DNA of 64,000 bases from Octopus sinensis (lineage: Eukaryota), in contig NC_043022.1 in assembly GCF_006345805.1 (NCBI RefSeq), positions 10,354,001-10,418,000 of the forward strand. The letters are read 5' to 3'. Numbering within the stretch: position 1 is the stretch's first letter; the number at the start of each line of letters is the position of its first letter. Shown piece after piece: positions 27,612-40,924 of the stretch. The notes under the pieces were generated by a model. The model worked only from the letters and a program-made list of their open reading frames with translations. It was not told the DNA's origin and searched no databases. A program made the position numbers and the translations under genes.

Positions 27612-28420
27612 ATAGAAAATAGTAAAAAGTGAAAAAACTACAGAAGGTTTGTTTTAGAAGGTTAAAAAATATATATTTGAGTCAATATGTCTGAAGAATG
27701 TTATAAATTTTTTTCATACAATGACATAGTTTTTGAAGAAAGACTGGTTTCGCGTTCAGCTTTTCAAATTTCTTACATCGTTATGTTTACGTTGAGAAGT
27801 GTGAAGGAGAGTGAAAGAGAGTTCCAGATGAGGGGAGGTAATAAGTGATTTCTTCCGGTGTAAGGGAGATAATCGCTTAATATTTCTTGCCTTTCTTTTG
27901 GAGTGAGTTTCTCTGTATAAGAATGTTGGAATGGTTAAGTTTGGGCTTGTATTTTTCAATGAAGATGTTTCCTTGTTTAGTCTAATTTGTGTTGGTGTTC
28001 TGATAGCACATTGGTAAAATGGAAAGATTAAAAATTGTGGTAGTAGTTGCTTTGCGCATTTCTCAATGTGCTCACTAAAGGGTATCATTCTGTATTCTGG
28101 GAATGCAATCTGTTGTCGATGCAGTGTGCATCTACGTCTGAGTGATAGTCCCATGGACCCCACGTAGTTTTGGTGGCAGCCCGAGCATTTTATGACATAA
28201 ATTATGTTTTCAGAGGCACAAGTAAAATTAGATTTGATCTTGAATTTCTGTCCCTCTTTGAAGAGGAATTCTGATCCTTCTAGCAGGTCTTTCTTCAAAA
28301 ACTATGTCATTGTATGAAAAAAATTTATAACATTCTTCAGACATATTGACTCAAATATATATTTTTTAACCTTCTAAAACAAACCTTCTGTAGTTTTTTT
28401 CACTTTTTACTATTTTCTAT
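27612..28420 (-). mobile_element. Penelope-like retroelement fragment: GIY-YIG endonuclease remnant between ~135-bp inverted repeats
   Basis: ORF 27756-28298 FTCASENIIYVIKCSGCHQNYVGS...RCTLHRQQI; ~27612-27746 is the reverse complement of ~28287-28420. Confidence 0.8.
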
Positions 28421-28541
28421 ATATTCAACCACGTGCTTTCACACACCAACTTCTCACCTATATATATATATATAATATATAATACATTTGTATTATAGCA
28501 CACACATATATATATTTTATATACTATATATATATATATAC

Positions 28542-28583
<42 letters not shown>

Positions 28584-28661
28584 CGTGTGTGGTGTGTATA
28601 CATATATATATATATAATATATATATATATACATATACATATGTATATACATATATATATA

Positions 28662-29640
28662 TCTTGGGGCCACTGCTATTCATAATGGCCCTTTCAGTCA
28701 TGCCCTCTGTACTAAGATGGCCACCCTTGCTAGCTATGCAGATGACACAAAAGTCTCCCACACAATACGAAACCCTGGAAATATTGCACATCTGCAACAG
28801 GAGTTGGATACAATATACAGGTGGGCTGAGGACAACAACATGCAGTTTAATGCAGGGAAGTTCCAGGCCCTGCGCTACCAGCACACAAAGGTAAACGACA
28901 TGCAGACAGGATACACTGGCTCGAGAAGAATTGCAATCCCTGAGTCAAAATCAGTGCGTGACCTGGGCATTGACATGAGCAATGATGCATCTTTCCAAGT
29001 GCATATTACTAATTTGGTAATAAAATGCAGATGGCTAACTGGATGGATTCTCCGAACTTTCAGAACAAGAGAGGAGACACTGATGGTCCTTTGGAAGACA
29101 TTCATCCTCAACCACTTGGATTACTGCTCCCAACTATGGTCACCACACAATACAATGCAACATATCAGCTACTGGGAAAGACTGAAAGTATTAAAACTCT
29201 TCTCTCTGGAGCGAAGGTGGGAGAGATATGCGGTGATATACATCTGGAAAATCCTGGAGGGTCTTGTCCCAAACTTTGGCATTCAAAATTACCCCATCCG
29301 TAGAACGGGGCAAAGTTCCCAACATCACCATTGAAATACAGGACCAGATACTGCAACAGCTTGGGTTTCAGAGGACCACAGCTCTTCAATATCCTTCCTA
29401 AATGCCTGAACAACCTGCATGGTGTGGATGTGGGTTTCTTTAAAACTAAACTGGATCTCTTCTTGTCAGGGGTCCCAGATGAACCTACCTCTCGGGAGGA
29501 AACACAGATGTGGGCAGCGGGATCAAACTCCCTTGTTGATCAAATGCCACGTATCAGAGGTGGTTTCACATACAAGTGTAGCTCAGTCAATGGTGGTGCC
29601 CCAGCATGGCCGCAGCCTTTGGGCTGAAACATTTTTAAGG
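28662..29640 (+). mobile_element. CR1/Jockey-group LINE RT 3' fragment
   Basis: LGPLLFI / SYADDTK / NNMQFNAGKF / RDLGI / LDYCSQLWSP. Confidence 0.85.
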
Positions 29641-29663
29641 ATTTATATATATGTATATATATA

Positions 29664-29708
<45 letters not shown>

Positions 29709-29724
29709 TATACATAGACACTAT

Positions 29725-31185
29725 CATCATCATCATCGTTTAACGTCTGTTCTCCATGCTAGCATGGGTTGGACGGTTCGACCGGGGATCTGGGAAGCCA
29801 GAAGGCTGCACCAGGCTCCAGTCTTATCTGGCAAAATTTCTACAGCTGGATGCCCTTCCTAACGCCAACCACTCCGTGAGTGTAGTGGGTGCTTTTTACA
29901 TGCCACCTGCACTGGTGCCAGGCGAGGCTGGCATCGGCCATGGTCGGATTGGTGCATTTTATGGAAGCCAGTCAAGGCGGCACTGGCTTCGACTACGATT
30001 CGGATGGTGCTTTTTACGTGCCACCGACATGGAAGCCAGTCGAGGCGGCGCTGGCATCGGCCACAATTCGGATGGTGCATTTTATGGAAGCCAGTCGAGG
30101 CGGCACTGGCTTCGGCTACGATTCGGATGGAGCTTTTCACATGCCACTGACACGGAAGCCAGTCGAGGCAGCGCTGGCATCGGCCACAATTCGGATAGTG
30201 CTTTTTACGTACCTCCAGTCCCAGGGCCCTGGCATCTGCCAGGTGCTAGTCATAGGATTGGTTCAATTTCGATTTCGATTTCACTTGCCCCAACAGGTCT
30301 TCGCAAGCAAGGGGGGTTGCCATAGGTGCCTGTCGTCGGATGAGGTTCGATATCGACTTCACTTGCCTCAACAGGTCTTTGTGTGTCCAAGGGGGAAAGG
30401 CATGCATAAGCGGGCTGGACTCACTTGTCCTGCCTGGTCTTCTCACGCACAGCATATTTCCAAAGTTCTCGGTCGCTGGTCATTTCCTCAGTGAGACCCA
30501 AGGTTCGAAGGTCGTGCTTCACCACCTCGTCCCAGGTTTTCCTGTGTCTACCTCTTCCACGAGTTCCCTCAACTGCTAGGGATTGGCACTTTTTCACACA
30601 CCTATCTTCATCCATTCTCGCCACATGACCATATCAGCGCAATCGTCTCTCTTGCACACCACAACTGATGCTTCTTAGGTCCAACATTTCTCTCAGGGTA
30701 CTAACGCTCTGTCGAGTATGAACACTGACATTACACATCCATCGGAGCATACTGGCTTCATTCCTCGCGAGCTTACGCATGTCCTCAGCAGTCACGGCCC
30801 ATGTTTCACGGCCATGTAGCATGGCTGTTCGTACACACGCATCATACAGTCTGCCTTTTACTCTGAGCGAGAGGTCTTTAGTCACCAGCAGAGGTAAGAG
30901 CTCCCTAAACTTTGCCCAGGCTATTCTTACTCTAGCAGTTACACTTTCAATGCACCCACCCCCACTACTGACTTGGTCACCTAGATAACGGAAGCTATCA
31001 ACTACTTCTAGTTTTTCCCCCTGGAAGTGACGGAAGTTTTTTGTTTTCTGCAGATTTTCAGAGATTATTGCTCCTGAGCATCTGCCACATACAAAAACTA
31101 TCTTCCCAGTTAGCCTTCCTTTGACATTGCAGCACCTCTTATGTGTCCATAGCTTACACTGGGTGCATCTTATAGAGTTTTCTCT
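29725..31185 (-). mobile_element. RTE-clade LINE 3' fragment with ~110-bp tandem repeats in the 3' UTR
   Basis: ORFs 30421-30624 and 30634-30885 match the same family; repeats at 29930-30210. Confidence 0.85.
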
Positions 31186-31264
31186 ACACCTTTTCTATAT
31201 ATACATATATATACATAGACATATATATACATATATACACACACACACAATATATATATATATA

Positions 31265-31313
<49 letters not shown>

Positions 31314-31315
31314 AT

Positions 31316-34300
31316 ATCTACCTGACAATTTCTTGTTAAGTTTTCCTTATTAAGTAGTTGTCCTTAATTGCTAAATTTTATTCCGAAAAACTTTTTTCCT
31401 CTCCCGAATGCAATTCGTAAAAGTTTGCCATTCATCCGGATATAGTATATATAAATTCACCCATGTGCTTCGTTGATGTTGATCAATTAGCTGATCGGCT
31501 TAAGCGAAGCAGGGTCGTTGTTTATTTATAGTATATTCAGGCCTGCTGATGATTACGTAAGTATGAAATCACTGTGATACAGTTCTATATATTTTTAAAT
31601 GTCTTTCTTTGAAAAATTGCATTCGGTAGGATTAGTAATATTTTTGGTAGAAATGACTGATTGTCCCTCTTAGCGTATGGCGTGTATGTAGAATGCCTCC
31701 TGGCATGTATGTATAATGCCCTCTATATATAAATTAATATGTTCAATAAGAAATAATTATTTTCGAATTTTTTCTCTTATGAGGTTTTTACGCTATCTAC
31801 CTGACAATTTCTTGTTAAGTTTTCCTTATTAAGTAGTTGTCCTTAATTGCTAAATTTTTATTCCGAAAAAACTTTTCCTCTCCCGAAATGCAATTCGTAA
31901 AAGTTTGCCATTCATCCGGATATTGTATATATAAAATTCCCCATGTGCTTCGTTGATGTTGATCAATTAGCTGATCGGCTTAAGCGAAGCAGGGTCGTTG
32001 TTTATTTATAGTATATTCAGGCCTGCTGATGATTACGTAAGTATGAAATCACTGTGATACAGGTCTATATATTTTTAAATGTCTTTCGTTGAAAAATTGC
32101 ATTCGGTAGGATTAGTAATATTTTTGGTAGAAATGACTGATTGTCCCTCTTAGCGTATGGCGTGTATGTAGAATGCCTCCTGGCATGTATGTATAATGCC
32201 CTCTATATATAAATTAATATGTTCAATAAGAAATAATATTTTTCGAAATTTTTTCTCTTATGAGGTTTTTACGCTATCTACCTGACAATTTCTTGTTAAG
32301 TTTTCCTTATTAAGTAGTGTCCTTAATTGCTAAATTTTTATTCCGAAAAAACTTTTCCTCTCCCAAATGCAATTCGTAAAAGTTTGCCATTCATCCGGAT
32401 ATAGTATATATATAATTTCACCCATGTGCTTCGTTGATGTTGATCAATTAGCTGATCGGCTTAAGCGAAGCAGGGTCGTTGTTTATTTATATATTTCAGG
32501 CCTGCTGATGATTACGTAAGTATGAAATCACTGTGATACAGGTCTATATATTTTTAAATGTCTTTCTTGAAAAATTGCATTCGGTAGGATTAGTAATATT
32601 TTTGTAGAAATGACTGATTGTCCCTCTTAGCGTATGGCGTGTATGTAGAATGCCTCCTGGCATGTATGTATAATGCCCTCTATATATAAATTAATATGTT
32701 CATAAGAAATAATTATTTTCGAAATTTTTTCTCTTATGAGGTTTTTACGCTATCTACCTGACAATTTCTTGTTAAGTTTTCCTTATTAAGTAGTTGTCCT
32801 TAATTGCTAAATTTTTATTCCGAAAAAACTTTTCCTCTCCCGAAATGCAATTCGTAAAAGTTTGCCATTCATCCGCATATAGTATATATAAATTCACCCA
32901 TGTGCTTCGTTGATGTTGATCAATTAGCTGATCGGCTTAAGCGAAGCAGGGTCGTTGTTTATTTATAGTATATTCAGCCTGCTGATGATTACGTAAGTAT
33001 GAAATCACTGTGATACAGGTCTATATATTTTTAAATGTCTTTCTTTGAAAAATTGCATTCGGTAGGATTAGTAATATTTTTGGTAGAAATGACTGATTGT
33101 CCCTCTTAGCGTATGGCGTGTATGTAGAATGCCTCCTGGCATGTATGTATAATGCCCTCTATATATAAATTAATATGTTCAATAAGAAATACTTATTTTC
33201 GAAATTTTTTTCTCTTATGAGGTTTTACGCTATCTACCTGACAATTTCTTGTTAAGTTTTCCTTATTAAGTAGTTGTCCTTAATTGCTAAATTTTTATTC
33301 CGAAAAAACTTTTCCTCTCCCGAAATGCAATTCGTAAAAGTTTGCCATTCATCCGGATATAGTATATATAAATTCACCCATGTGCTTCGTTGATGTTGAT
33401 CAATTAGCTGATCGGCTTAAGCGAAGCAGGGTCGTTGTTTTTTATAGTATATTCAGGCCTGCTGATGATTACGTAAGTATGAAATCACTGTGATACAGGT
33501 CTATATATTTTTAAATGTCTTTCTTTGAAAAATTGCATTCGGTAGGATTAGTAATATTTTTGGTAGAAATGACTGATTGTCCCTCTTAGCGTATGGCGTG
33601 TATGTAGAATGTCTCCTGGCATGTATGTATAATGCCCTCTATATATAAATTAATATGTTCAATAAGAAATAATTATTTTCGAAATTTTTTTCTCTTATGA
33701 GGTTTTTACGCTATCTACCTGACAATTTCTTGTTAAGTTTTCCTTATTAAGTAGTTGTCCTTAATTGCTAAATTTTTATTCCGAAAAAACTTTTCCTCTC
33801 CCGAAATGCAATTCGTAAAAGTTTGCCATTCATCCGGATATAGTATATATAAATTCACCCATGTGCTTCGTTGATGTTGATCAATTAGCTGATCGGCTTA
33901 AGCGAAGCAGGGTCGTTGTTTATTTATAGTATATTCAGGCCTGCTGATGATTACGTAAGTATGAAATCACTGTGATACAGGTCTATATATTTTTAAATGT
34001 CTTTCTTTGAAAAATTGCATTCGGTAGGATTAGTAATATTTTTGGTAGAAATGACTGATTGTCCCTCTTAGCGTATGGCGTGTATGTAGAATGCCTCCTG
34101 GCATGTATGTATAATGCCCTCTATATATAAATTAATATGTTCAATAAGAATAATTATTTTCGAAATTTTTTCTCTTATGAGGTTTTTACGCTATCTACCT
34201 GACAATTTCTTGTTAAGTTTTCCTTATTAAGTAGTTGTCCTTAATTGCTAAATTTTTATTCCGAAAAACTTTTCCTCTCCCGAAATGCAATTCGTAAAAG

Positions 34301-35571
34301 TTTGCCATTCATCCATCCTGATATAGTATATATAAATTCACCCATGTGCTTCGTTGATGTTGATCATTAGCTGATCGGCTTAAGCGAAGCAGGGTCGTTG
34401 TGTTATTTATAGTATATTCAGGCCTGCTGATGATTACGTAAGTATGAAATCACTGTGATACAGGTCTATATATTTTTAAATGTCTTTCTTTGAAAAATTG
34501 CATTCGGTAGGATTAGTAATATTTTTGGTAGAAATGACTGATTGTCCCTCTTAGCGTATGGCGTGTATGTAGAATGCCTCCTGGCATGTATGTATAATGC
34601 CCTCTATATATAAATTAATATGTTCAATAAGAAATAATTATTTTCGAAATTTTTTCTCTTATGAGGTTTTTACGCTATCTACCTGACAATTTCTTGTTAA
34701 GTTTTCCTTATTAAGTAGTTGTCCTTAATTGCTAAATTTTTATTCCGAAAAAACTTTTCCTCTCCCGAAATGCAATTCGTAAAAGTTTGCCATTCATCCG
34801 GATATAGTATATATAAATTCACCCATGTGCTTCGTTGATGTTGATCAATTAGCTGATCGGCTTAAGCGAAGCAGGGTCGTTGTTTATTATAGTATATTCA
34901 GGCCTGCTGATGATTACGTAAGTATGAAATCACTGTGATACAGGTCTATATATTTTTAAATGTCTTTCTTTGAAAAATTGCATTCGGTAGGATTAGTAAT
35001 ATTTTTGGTAGAAATGACTGATTGTCCCTCTTAGCGTATGGCGTGTATGTAGAATGCCTCCTGGCATGTATGTATAATGCCCTCTATATATAAATTAATA
35101 TGTTCAATAAGAAATAATTATTTTCGAAATTTTTTCTCTTATGAGGTTTTTACGCTAGCTACCTGACAATTTCTTGTTAAGTTTTCCTTATTAGTAGTTG
35201 TCCTTATTGCTAAATTTTTATTCCGAAAAAACTTTTCCTCTCCCGAAATGCAATTCGTAAAAGTTTGCCATTCATCCGGATATAGTATATATAAATTCAC
35301 CCATGTGCTTCGTTGATGTTGATCAATTAGCTGATCGGCTTAAGCGAAGCAGGTCGTTGTTTATTTATAGTATATTCAGGCCTGCTGATGATTACGTAAG
35401 TATGAAATCACTGTGATACAGGTCTATATATTTTTAAATGTCTTTCTTTGAAAAATTGCATTCGGTAGGATTAGTAATATTTTTGGTAGAAATGACTGAT
35501 TGTCCCTCTTAGCGTATGGCGTGTATGTAGAATGCCTCCTGGCATGTATGTATAATGCCCTCTATATATAA

Positions 35572-35574
<3 letters not shown>
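31316..35574 (+). repeat. Tandem array of nine ~480-bp units (last one truncated), each with a hammerhead motif; candidate retrozyme
   Basis: Unit start atctacctgacaatttc near 31316, 31795, 32276, 32752, 33232, 33713, 34193, 34677 and 35157; no ORF of 60 aa or more; (TA)n on both flanks. Confidence 0.95.
32019..32066 (+). ncRNA. Type I hammerhead ribozyme motif (representative; CTGATGA cores at 31546, 32026, 32505, 32982, 33462, 33944, 34427, 34907, 35385)
   Basis: aggcctg-CTGATGA-t.tac(gtaa)gta.t-GAAA-tcac(t)gtga-TA-caggtct: 7-bp stem I, GNRA-capped stem II, near-palindromic stem III, AUA cleavage triplet. Confidence 0.75.
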
Positions 35575-35621
<47 letters not shown>

Positions 35622-35679
35622 GTTGTTTTTTTGTGTTTTCTTGTTTGGATTAACTATATATACACACATGTATATATAC

Positions 35680-35740
<61 letters not shown>

Positions 35741-35755
35741 CAATATATGCATACA

Positions 35756-35795
<40 letters not shown>

Positions 35796-35802
35796 ATATA
35801 TA

Positions 35803-35859
<57 letters not shown>

Positions 35860-36238
35860 TATGTATATATACATATATATGTATATATATATATGTATAT
35901 ATACATATATACGTACATATACATATATACGTACATATACATATATACGTACATATACATATATACGTACATATACATATATACGTACATATACATATAT
36001 ACGTACATATACATATATACGTACATATACATATATACGTACATATACATATATACGTACATATACATATATACGTACATATACATATATACGTACATAT
36101 ACATATATACGTACATATACATATATACGTACATATACATATATACGTACATATACATATATACGTACATATAAATATATACGTACATATATATAATACG
36201 TACATATATATATATATGTACATATATATATACATCTA

Positions 36239-36269
<31 letters not shown>

Positions 36270-36291
36270 TATATACATATATATATATATA

Positions 36292-36342
<51 letters not shown>

Positions 36343-36459
36343 CATACATATATATATACATATACATACATATATATACACAATATATATATATATATTA
36401 TCATATATTATATACATATACATACATATATATACACATATATATATATAATATTATAC

Positions 36460-36506
<47 letters not shown>

Positions 36507-36653
36507 TATATACATACATATATATACACATATATATATACATATACATATATACATATATATATATCATACATATATATACACATATATATATACATAT
36601 ACATATATATATACCATATACATACATATATATACACATATATATATATATAT
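35575..36653. repeat. (TA)n/(TACA)n microsatellite with an 18-bp higher-order unit
   Basis: acgtacatatacatatat repeated ~15 times at 35910-36190; source of the spurious YIYI ORFs. Confidence 0.95.
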
Positions 36654-37019
36654 ACTAGCAGTATCGCCCGCGTTGCTCAGGTTTGTAAGGAAATAACTAT
36701 AAAGCATTTTTAGAGAGTTATAGCCAAAAAATGGAAAAAAATGATGGTAAATATTTTTTTTGAGATTTAAAAAGGTGGAGTTGCGTCCCCTAGACAGTTG
36801 TGGTTCGTGTTTCTGATTCTCGACCCCATGTCATTTTATCGAATTTTTTCAGGACTGGGGAACTTTTCAAAATTTTCGCTGCATTAGTTTTAATTATGAC
36901 ATTGGGCTATGTGTGTGTCAAGTTTCATCAGAATCGGTTGAAAGCCGTGGTCAGGGTGAGGGTACAACCAAACAGACACACAGAAACACGCACAGACAAA
37001 CTGCCGTTTATATAGAGAG
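36654..37019 (-). mobile_element. Helitron-like non-autonomous element (related copies ~17551-17931, 18285-18669, 37855-38234, 49150-49465, 53141-53521)
   Basis: Shared terminus gagcaacgccgggcgatactgCTAGt (GC-rich subterminal motif plus CTAG); inserted in (TA)n. Confidence 0.65.
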
Positions 37020-37021
37020 AA

Positions 37022-37053
<32 letters not shown>

Positions 37054-37088
37054 CATATACATACATATATATACACATATATATATAT

Positions 37089-37136
<48 letters not shown>

Positions 37137-37192
37137 CATATACATACATATATATACACATATATATATATATATATAATATATATATATAT

Positions 37193-37511
37193 AAAAAGGA
37201 AATGAAGAAAATGCTGACAAAATAATTTAAGTAAGGGAGAGTGTATTTAATTAGGTGAAAGTTCTTTTTACCGGTTGCGCATTTGTTAGCTTATCAAAAG
37301 ATATTTTTTAAGACAGATAGTTCCTTTCTGATAGATTTTTTTCTCTATTATATCTGATAAGAGAAAAAATCAGAAAGGAACTCTATCTGTCTTAAAAAAA
37401 TATCTTTTGATAAGCATAACAAATGCGCAACCGGTAAAAAGAACTTTCACCTAATTAAATACACTCTCCCTTACTTAAATTATTTGTCAGCATTTTCTTC
37501 ATTTCCTTTTT
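37193..37511. mobile_element. Fold-back palindrome (~140-bp arms), probably inverted Penelope-type terminal repeats with a degenerate hammerhead
   Basis: Arms are reverse complements; 37403-37442 reads tctt-TTGATAA-gcat..atgc-GCAA-ccgg-TA-aaaaga. Confidence 0.6.
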
Positions 37512-37546
37512 TCATATATCACAACTTGTGTTCCACATCTCCTTTT

Positions 37547-37588
<42 letters not shown>

Positions 37589-37691
37589 TACATATACTTT
37601 TTATCTTATATTAAATTTTTTAATACTTTTTGATAGTCAAAAAAATTTTTTTTTAATTTGAAAAAAAATAAATAAAAATAAATTATATATA

Positions 37692-37748
<57 letters not shown>

Positions 37749-37772
37749 TTATATATACACATATATAATATA

Positions 37773-37826
<54 letters not shown>

Positions 37827-38928
37827 TATACATATATATATATATATATACATCTCTCTCTATATAAACGGCAGTTTGTCTGTGCGTGTTTCTGTGTGTC
37901 TGTTTGCTTGTACCCTCACCCTGACCACGGCTTTCAACCGATTCTGATGAAACTTGACACACACATAGCCCAATGTCATAATTCAAAACTAACGCAGCGA
38001 AAATTTTGAAAAGTTCCCCCAGTTCTGAAAAAAATCGATAAATTCGACATGGGGTCGAGAATTAGAGACACAAACCGCAAACTGTTCTAGGGGACGCAAC
38101 TCCACCTTTTTAACAAAAAAAAATTTACCATCATTTTTTTCCATTTTTTTGCTATTTTTTGGCTATAACTCTCTAAAAATGCTTTATAGTTATTTCCCTT
38201 ACAAACCTGAGCAACGCCGGGCGATACTGCTAGTATATATATATATATAGTTTGCTTATTATTATTATTATTATTATTACTATTTTCAGCTTCGCCTCGT
38301 ATTGCATATTATTTCTCCATACAGGGGTTTTTTTCAATGGCGGGGTTCCACTATTTCCCTTCTCTCTCTCCCTCTTTTACGTTGTCTGCCATCCCCCCTC
38401 TTCCTTTGCTAAGAGCATTTTTAAGCCAGCCCGTCATATTCCCGGTGCACCCACCCTTGCCCACCCCCACCACCAATAACCGGATATCTCTATATTTTTG
38501 CTCCATCTATACCGGATGTCGCTTCTCCACCACCATTATAGGTGTCTACTCTTCGAACCCCCCTCTTCAATACGCTATTTCACCATGCATTACCCCTCTT
38601 TGATATCCTACGTTCTACTTGCCTAGAACCTGTCATCATTTCTCTGAACCACCCCTCCCCACTGGTGCTCCCCTATATTTCTGCACCCCCCCCCCACAAA
38701 AAGCACCATCCGAACGTGGCCGATGCCAGACCCCTCTGGCACCTGTGCAGGTGGCACGTAAAAAACACCCACTACACTCACGGAGTGGTTGGCGTTAGGA
38801 AGGGCATCCAGCTGTAGAAACACTGCCAGACTAGACTGGAGCCTGGGGCAGTCCCTAGCTCCCCAGACCCCGGTCGAAACCGTCCAACCCGTGCTAGCGC
38901 GGAAAACAGACGTTAAACGATGATGATG

Positions 38929-38971
<43 letters not shown>

Positions 38972-39474
38972 ATATATATGTAGAAATGAATGCGTGCGTT
39001 CCGTCATATAATAAATTATAAATAAAACATATGCATGTACGTACCTACCTCTACATGTATATATACATGCATATATGGGTACAGGACACCAAAAAAAAAA
39101 CGTCGAACACAATGAGAAACGAAAACATAAACCACAAACCAAGGAACGGACATTTTTCTTAAACAACGAAAAAATAGAGTACAGGACAAATAATACAAGG
39201 AAAATTCCCCTTCTTCAGTCACCATGGTTTCACCTACTCTGCATTTCAAAGGTGAAGGCGATACGCATCTTCGATAGAAACTTTACTTCCCGCGAAAAAG
39301 CAAACTAAATAAAATTTGAGATCTTTTTGCAGAGGGGTAAAAATGGTAACAAAAACAGGACAGTAACGACAGTACAAAAATATAATATATATATATATGT
39401 ATTGTATGTATATATATATGTGTTTATATGTATGTATAGGGTCAGGCAAAATGATCTGACACATTTGTAGGTTA

Positions 39475-39532
39475 TATATATATGTATATATATATATATA
39501 TTTATATTATATAATATATATATATATATACT

Positions 39533-39605
<73 letters not shown>

Positions 39606-39620
39606 TATATATACATAATA

Positions 39621-39658
<38 letters not shown>

Positions 39659-39788
39659 TTATATATATATATACATATACATATATACACATATATACAT
39701 ATATACACATATATATATATATATACACATATATATATATATACACATATATATATATATATATACACATATATATATATATATACAC

Positions 39789-39821
<33 letters not shown>

Positions 39822-39875
39822 TATATATATACACACATATATATATTATACACATATATATATATATATATACAC

Positions 39876-39908
<33 letters not shown>

Positions 39909-39984
39909 TATATATATATACACATATATATTATTATACACACACATATATATATATATACACATATATATATATATAACATAT

Positions 39985-40032
<48 letters not shown>

Positions 40033-40035
40033 CAT
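39475..40035. repeat. (TA)n/(TACA) microsatellite
   Basis: Directly visible. Confidence 0.95.
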
Positions 40036-40295
40036 ATACTTTTTATCTTATATAAATTTTTTAATACTTTTTGATAGTCAAAAAAAAAGTTTTTTTTAAC
40101 TTAAAAAAAATAAATAAATATATATATATAAATTTATAAATATAAATTAATAATTTAAAATTTTTAACTTTAAATTTAAATTTTATATTTTATATATTGT
40201 ATTATTTTTATTTCTATGTTTTGGTTTATGTTTTTCAGTTTGATTTGCCTAATAGTGGTTTTATCTCTAATTTAATTTACATATATACATATATA

Positions 40296-40849
40296 CAGGG
40301 TCAGGCAAAATGATCTGACACATTTGTAGGTTAAATAAAAGGCAAATGCAGTAAAGAAACAAAAAAGTGTTTTTATTTTTGAAAAGTTCATATAATGCCA
40401 TTTTGTTTCATTATGTTTTAAAAATTAAATCAGTCAAATGGGATCCATTATTGTCCACACACTGTCGAAGGCGTTCACGAAAGTTGTCAATAACTCGGCG
40501 GATCATTTCATGTGGAATGGCAGTAATTTCTTGACGAATTGCATCTTTAAGTTCTGGCGGTGCGAGGTCGGCCGGTTGATTTTCGTTTCAATGCAGATCC
40601 AGTAGCTCTGAAATTGGTAACCCATAACAAGATCGTGTTTCGAGCTGGTACGGGATCATGTCTACCAAGATTGAAGTGCAAACGGCACGCTCTTTGTGTT
40701 GCAGTTACAGAATCGTTTGTTTTGATAAACGTTTCCACAATGAAAGCGCGATGCTCACCAGTCCAATTCATGGCAGCAACTGAAAAAGAAACGAAAAACA
40801 ATGCCTTTTATTTAACCTACAAATGTGTCAGATCATTTTGCCTTACCCT
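40296..40849 (-). mobile_element. Internally deleted Tc1/mariner element
   Basis: TIR cagggtcaggcaaaatgatctgacacatttgtagg; N-terminal HTH (MNWTGEHRAFIVETF...TGRPRT) fused to the transposase C-terminus. Confidence 0.85.
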
Positions 40850-40884
40850 ATACATACATATAAACACATATATATATACATACA

Positions 40885-40924
<40 letters not shown>

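Noticed and set aside
29756-30494. 189-aa and 201-aa ORFs
   Set aside because: Antisense readings of tandem repeats in a LINE 3' UTR
31316-35574. CRISPR array or rDNA/tRNA cluster
   Set aside because: Whole units are near-identical with no unique spacers, and no rRNA or tRNA similarity was recognised. The 1-bp indels between units may be sequencing error, so they were not interpreted
35574-40035. Long YIYI/ICTY ORFs (up to 276 aa)
   Set aside because: Translations of (TA)n and 18-bp microsatellites, not genes
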